44,611 nt of DNA, from the NCBI GenBank assembly GCA_021844355.1, contig JAKBTP010000117.1:1-44611 (forward strand). The letters are read 5' to 3'. The translations under genes were made by a program, and so were the position numbers. A model generated the notes under the pieces. That model was not told the DNA's origin. It was given only the letters and a program-made list of their open reading frames with translations, and made no database searches. The DNA comes from a bacterium. GTDB lineage: Bacteria > Chloroflexota > Dormibacteria > Aeolococcales > Bog-877. This document shows positions 40,831-44,611 of the stretch, in pieces (position 1 is the first letter of the stretch; every line of letters begins with the position of its first letter).

Positions 40831-41324
40831 CCTCCGCCGAAGGCCGGCGGGAGCGCCAGGCGGCCATCCTGGAGCTCCTGCGCTCCCGCCCGGTGCACAC
40901 CCAGGAGGAGCTGGCCGACGAGCTTCACCGTCGGCGGATCGCCGCCGACCAGACCACGATCAGCCGGGACCTGCGTCAGCTCGGGGTCCTCCGGGCCGCC
41001 ACGGGTTCCGAGCGGCGATACCTCGCCCCCGCCGACCCCGAGCCTCAGCGCCGGCTTCTGCAGCTCCTGGCCCTCCAGCTCCTGGAGATCGACGTCGTCG
41101 GTTCCATGGTCATCCTGCACACCCCCAGCGGAGCCGCCCAGGTGGTGGCGCTGGCGGTGGACTCCCTCCGGCTGCCCCAGGTGGCGGGCACGGTGGCCGG
41201 CGACGACACCATCTTCGTCCAGGCGCGCTCGGCCCGCGAGGCCAAGACCGTGGTGGAGCGGCTGCGCCACGCGTGTGAGGAGAACGCGGTCCCGGCACCG
41301 GCGCCGCCAGCCAGAGGAGGATGA
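40827..41324 (+). CDS. argR: arginine repressor
   Basis: The sequence reads RQAAILELLRSRPVHTQEELADELHRRRIAADQTTISRDLRQLGV...GDDTIFV. The start is a TTGA overlap with argD. Confidence 0.9.
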   Translation: MTSAEGRRERQAAILELLRSRPVHTQEELADELHRRRIAADQTTISRDLRQLGVLRAATGSERRYLAPADPEPQRRLLQLLALQLLEIDVVGSMVILHTPSGAAQVVALAVDSLRLPQVAGTVAGDDTIFVQARSAREAKTVVERLRHACEENAVPAPAPPARGG

Positions 41325-41328
41325 GACT

Positions 41329-42624
41329 GTGAGCACCGAACGGCCCCGCTGCGTTCTGGCGTTCTCCGGAGGCCTGGACACCACCGTGGCCGTCCACTGG
41401 CTGACCCACGAGAGGGGCTTCGAGGTCGTGACCCTCTCCGCGGACCTGGGGGAGACCGAGGACACCGAGGCGCTGCAGCGCCGGGCCCTGGCCGCCGGGG
41501 CCGTGGCGGCGCACGTGGTGGACGCCAAGGAGCTCCTGGTCTCCAACTTCATCTGGCCCACCCTTCAGGCAGGGGCGGTGTATCAGGGGGTGTATCCCCT
41601 GGCCACCGCCCTGGGGCGCCCGCTGATCGCCCGGCTCCTGGTGGAGGTGGCTCGAGAGGTGGGGGCCAGCGCCGTCGCCCACGGCTGCACCGCCAAGGGA
41701 AACGACCAGGTCCGTTTCGACGTGGCGGTGGGGGCTCTGGCTCCGGCGCTCCAGGTGGTGGCCCCGCTTCGCGAGTGGAGCATGGGGCGGAGCGAGGAGA
41801 TCGCCTACGCCGCCACCCACGGGCTGGAGGTCCGGGCGACCGTGGAGAGCCCCTACAGCATCGACGCCAACCTCTGGGGGAGGAGCGTGGAGACGGGGAT
41901 TCTGGAGGACCCCTGGGTCTCCCCGCCGGAGTCCGCATACGAGTGGACCGCGGCCCCGGAGTCCGCCCCGCCGGAGGGGGCCGAGGTCGAGATCCACTTC
42001 GAGGCGGGCATCCCCACCCGGCTGGACGGAGAGGAGCTGTCCGGGGTCGAGCTGGTGGAGGCGCTCAACCGCCTGGCGGGCGCCCACGGGGTGGGCCGGA
42101 TCGACCACGTCGAGGACCGGCTGGTGGGCATCAAGTCGCGGGAGATCTATGAGGCGCCGGCCGCGGTGGTGCTGGACATGGCCCACCGGCAGCTGGAGGC
42201 CCTCACCCTGCCTCGGGACGTGCTGCGCTTCAAGCGGCTGGTGGCGGACGAGTGGGCCCAGCTGACCTATGACGGCCTCTGGTTCTCCCACCTGCGGCAG
42301 AGCCTGGGCGCCTTCGTGGCCAGCACCCAGCCGCTGGTCACAGGCGAGGTGCGGCTGCGCCTCCGCCAGGGGGCGCTGACGGTGCTGGGCCGGAGCAGCC
42401 CGAGCTCCCTCTACCGGCGGGAGCTGGCCACCTACGAGCGCCAGGACGACCGCTTCCAGCACCAGGCGGCCACCGGCTTCCTCTCCATCTTCGGACTGCC
42501 CCTGCGGACCCAGGCCCAGGTCCAGGGGCGCCTCTGGGAGGACTCCCGTCCGCTCCTGCAATCGGCGCCCCGGGGGATCGCCGCCGCCCCCGGGTCCGAG
42601 GAGCCGGGTGCCTCCGGGGGCTGA
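41329..42624 (+). CDS. argG: argininosuccinate synthase
   Basis: GTG 41329 has GAGGAGG 8 nt upstream. The sequence reads VLAFSGGLDTTVAVHWL...AHGCTAKGNDQVRF...YSIDANLWGRS.E. Confidence 0.95.
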   Translation: MSTERPRCVLAFSGGLDTTVAVHWLTHERGFEVVTLSADLGETEDTEALQRRALAAGAVAAHVVDAKELLVSNFIWPTLQAGAVYQGVYPLATALGRPLIARLLVEVAREVGASAVAHGCTAKGNDQVRFDVAVGALAPALQVVAPLREWSMGRSEEIAYAATHGLEVRATVESPYSIDANLWGRSVETGILEDPWVSPPESAYEWTAAPESAPPEGAEVEIHFEAGIPTRLDGEELSGVELVEALNRLAGAHGVGRIDHVEDRLVGIKSREIYEAPAAVVLDMAHRQLEALTLPRDVLRFKRLVADEWAQLTYDGLWFSHLRQSLGAFVASTQPLVTGEVRLRLRQGALTVLGRSSPSSLYRRELATYERQDDRFQHQAATGFLSIFGLPLRTQAQVQGRLWEDSRPLLQSAPRGIAAAPGSEEPGASGG

Positions 42625-44047
42625 CCCGAGGACGGGTGGGCGCGTCCACCCCAAGGCGTGGAGCGGCCGGCTGCAGGGCCCGACCGACCCGCTGCTGGAG
42701 CGCTACTCCACGTCCGTTCAGGAGGACCTTGCCCTTGCCGAATTCGACATCCGCGGTTCGGAGGCGCACGCCGGCCGGCTCGTCCGGGCCGGGCTCATCC
42801 GGCCCGGTGATCACAGGCAGCTGCTGGCCGGGCTGGAGCAGATCGCCAGCGAGGTGCGCTCAGGGACCTTCGAGCCGCGGCCCGAGGACGAGGACATCCA
42901 CATGGCGGTGGAGCGCCGGCTGGCTGAGCTGATTGGAGAGCCCGCCCTTCGGCTGCACACCGGGCGGAGCCGCAACGACCAGGTGGCCCTGGACCTCCGG
43001 CTCTGGACGAGAGCTGCGGCTGTCAGGCTCTCCCAGGGGGTGCTCGGGTTGGAGGGGGTGCTCCTCCGCCGGGCACGGCGGGAGCGGGAGACCCTGCTGC
43101 CGGGATACACCCACCTCCAGAGGGCGCAGCCGGTGACCCTGGCGCATCACCTGCTGGCGTATTTCGAGATGCTGGAGCGGGACCGGGAGCGGCTCCAGGA
43201 GCTCCACCGGCGGGCCGGGCTCTCCCCCCTGGGGGCGGGCGCCCTGGCCGGCTCCACCCTGCCCCTGGACCGCCGGCATGCTGCCCGTGAGCTGGGGCTA
43301 CTGGCGCCTACGGCCAACAGCCTGGACTCGGTCTCCGACCGCGACTTCGCCCTGGAGCTTCTCTTCGCCAGCGCCCTCATCGCCGTCCACCTCTCGCGGC
43401 TGGCGGAGGACCTCATCCTCTGGAGCACTGCCGAGTTCGGCTTCCTGGAGCTGCCCGACCGCTGGTCGACGGGGTCCAGCCTCATGCCCCAGAAGAAGAA
43501 CCCCGACCTGCTGGAGCTGGTGCGGGGGAGGGCCGCGCGGCCGGTGGCCGCGCTCTTGGGCCTCCTGATGGTCCTCAAAGGGCTCCCGCTCAGCTACAAC
43601 CGCGACCTCCAGGAGGACAAGTCCCACCTCTTCCCCGCCGTGGCGTCGGTGGAAGCCAGCCTGGAGGCCCTGGCGGGGATGCTGGCGGAGGTGTCATTCA
43701 ACCGGCAGAGGATGGCCGAGGCGGCCTCCGACCCCCAGCTGCTGGCCACCGATCTGGCGGAGCGGCTGGTGCACGAGGGGGTCCCCTTCCGTCGCGCCCA
43801 CGAGCTGGTGGGAGGGCTGGTGAGCCGGGCCGAGGGTGAGGGGCGAGGCCTCGAGCTGGTTCTGCGCGAGAGCTGGCGGGAGATGGGCTTCGCCGACGAT
43901 CCCACCGGCCTGCTGGACCCTCGGACCTCCCTGGCCGCCCGGGAGCAGCCCGGGGCCCCCGGGCCAGTGGCCCAAAGCGCCGCGCTGCGGCAAGCGGCGG
44001 CGCAGCTGCGCCGCGGGCGCGCCTGGGTCCGGCGGCAGACCGGCTGA
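42608..44047 (+). CDS. argH: argininosuccinate lyase
   Basis: The sequence reads AWSGRL......D..GS.AHA..L...G.I...TGRSRNDQVALDLRLW...GYTHLQRAQP...GSSLMPQKKNPD (fumarate-lyase signature). Confidence 0.95.
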   Translation: MPPGADPRTGGRVHPKAWSGRLQGPTDPLLERYSTSVQEDLALAEFDIRGSEAHAGRLVRAGLIRPGDHRQLLAGLEQIASEVRSGTFEPRPEDEDIHMAVERRLAELIGEPALRLHTGRSRNDQVALDLRLWTRAAAVRLSQGVLGLEGVLLRRARRERETLLPGYTHLQRAQPVTLAHHLLAYFEMLERDRERLQELHRRAGLSPLGAGALAGSTLPLDRRHAARELGLLAPTANSLDSVSDRDFALELLFASALIAVHLSRLAEDLILWSTAEFGFLELPDRWSTGSSLMPQKKNPDLLELVRGRAARPVAALLGLLMVLKGLPLSYNRDLQEDKSHLFPAVASVEASLEALAGMLAEVSFNRQRMAEAASDPQLLATDLAERLVHEGVPFRRAHELVGGLVSRAEGEGRGLELVLRESWREMGFADDPTGLLDPRTSLAAREQPGAPGPVAQSAALRQAAAQLRRGRAWVRRQTG

Positions 44048-44053
44048 GAGAGG

Positions 44054-44078
44054 GCCGGCTCCTCGGGGAGCCCGGCTT
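44054..44078 (+). terminator. hairpin after argH (weak U-tail)
   Basis: GCCGGCTCC-TCGG-GGAGCCCGGC is followed by TT. The stem is GC-rich, but the short T tract is only weak support. Confidence 0.35.
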
Positions 44079-44119
44079 GCTACGATCACTCGGCAGCGCC
44101 AGCTCCACCGGGACCAGGG

Positions 44120-44611
44120 ATGTACCGTCAGATCTATCTTCCGCTGGACAACTCCGACCACTCCAACGCCGCCTGCGAGGTGGCGATCCGGCTGGCCCGG
44201 GCCAGTTCCGCGGAGGTCGTCGGGAGCCATGTGTACGCGGCCCGGCTCCACGATTACCGCTTCAAGCAGATGGAGTACACCCTTCCCGCCGAATACCAGG
44301 ACGAGGTGGAGCTCCAGCGCCAGCGGAAGATCCACGACAGCCTGATCACCACCGGGCTCAACCTCATCTCCGACTCCTATCTCCAGGCTGCCCAGCGGCG
44401 CTGCCTGGAGGAGGGGATCACCTTCACACCCAAGACCTTCGACGGCAAGAACTGGGAGGTGTTGGTCCAGGACATCGAGCAGAACACGTACGACCTGGTG
44501 GTCATGGGGGCGTGCGGTCTGGGCCAGGTGAAGGAGACTCAGATCGGCACCTGCGTCGACCGGGTGGTCCGACGCGCCCACCGGGACACCCTGGTGGTCC
44601 GCCACCGCGAG
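44120..44611 (+). CDS. universal stress protein (UspA family), N-terminal part; it runs off the right edge
   Basis: My translation from ATG 44120 reads MYRQIYLPLDNSDHSNAACEVAIRLARASSAEVVGSHVY...YDLVVMGACGLGQVKETQIGTCVDRVVRRAHRDTLVV. It is not in the track because no stop lies inside the window. Confidence 0.8.
   Translation, partial: MYRQIYLPLDNSDHSNAACEVAIRLARASSAEVVGSHVYAARLHDYRFKQMEYTLPAEYQDEVELQRQRKIHDSLITTGLNLISDSYLQAAQRRCLEEGITFTPKTFDGKNWEVLVQDIEQNTYDLVVMGACGLGQVKETQIGTCVDRVVRRAHRDTLVVRHRE

Overview
This is a very GC-rich (about 70% by eye) chromosomal segment. Gene content and order look like an Actinomycetota-like / Terrabacteria genome. Examples are lysS-greA, clpS-DUF2017, an argCJBD-R-GH operon, a PatA-type acetyltransferase with an N-terminal GNAT domain, and many 4-nt GTGA/ATGA/TTGA start-stop overlaps. 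I call about 41 protein genes, two decayed genes and several regulatory sites. I found no rRNA, tRNA, CRISPR array, transposase or integrase.

Most of the window is housekeeping: translation, CoA, glycogen, arginine biosynthesis and proteostasis. Most long ORFs in the six-frame track are antisense shadow ORFs caused by the GC content. Many true starts are internal GTG/TTG/ATG codons, which I re-derived by reading the sequence.

The parts that look non-routine are:
1. An orphan ParA ATPase with a tiny partner gene, paired palindromic sites and a divergent TPR/acidic-tail gene. It heads a six-gene overlapping operon.
2. A secreted Ser/Thr-rich protein gene with a near-consensus promoter. It is bracketed by a degenerate direct duplication of the 3' part of the neighbouring TPR gene.
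3. A 567-aa protein with a nucleoside-phosphorylase/AMP-nucleosidase-like C-terminal domain, translationally coupled to glgP.
4. A glutaredoxin-thioredoxin-reductase fusion that lacks the NADPH HRRxxxR motif.
5. A methyltransferase gene interrupted by two compensating frameshifts.

No recognisable defence, toxin or mobile system is visible. The candidate for something new is item (1) together with (2), and that remains an inference.
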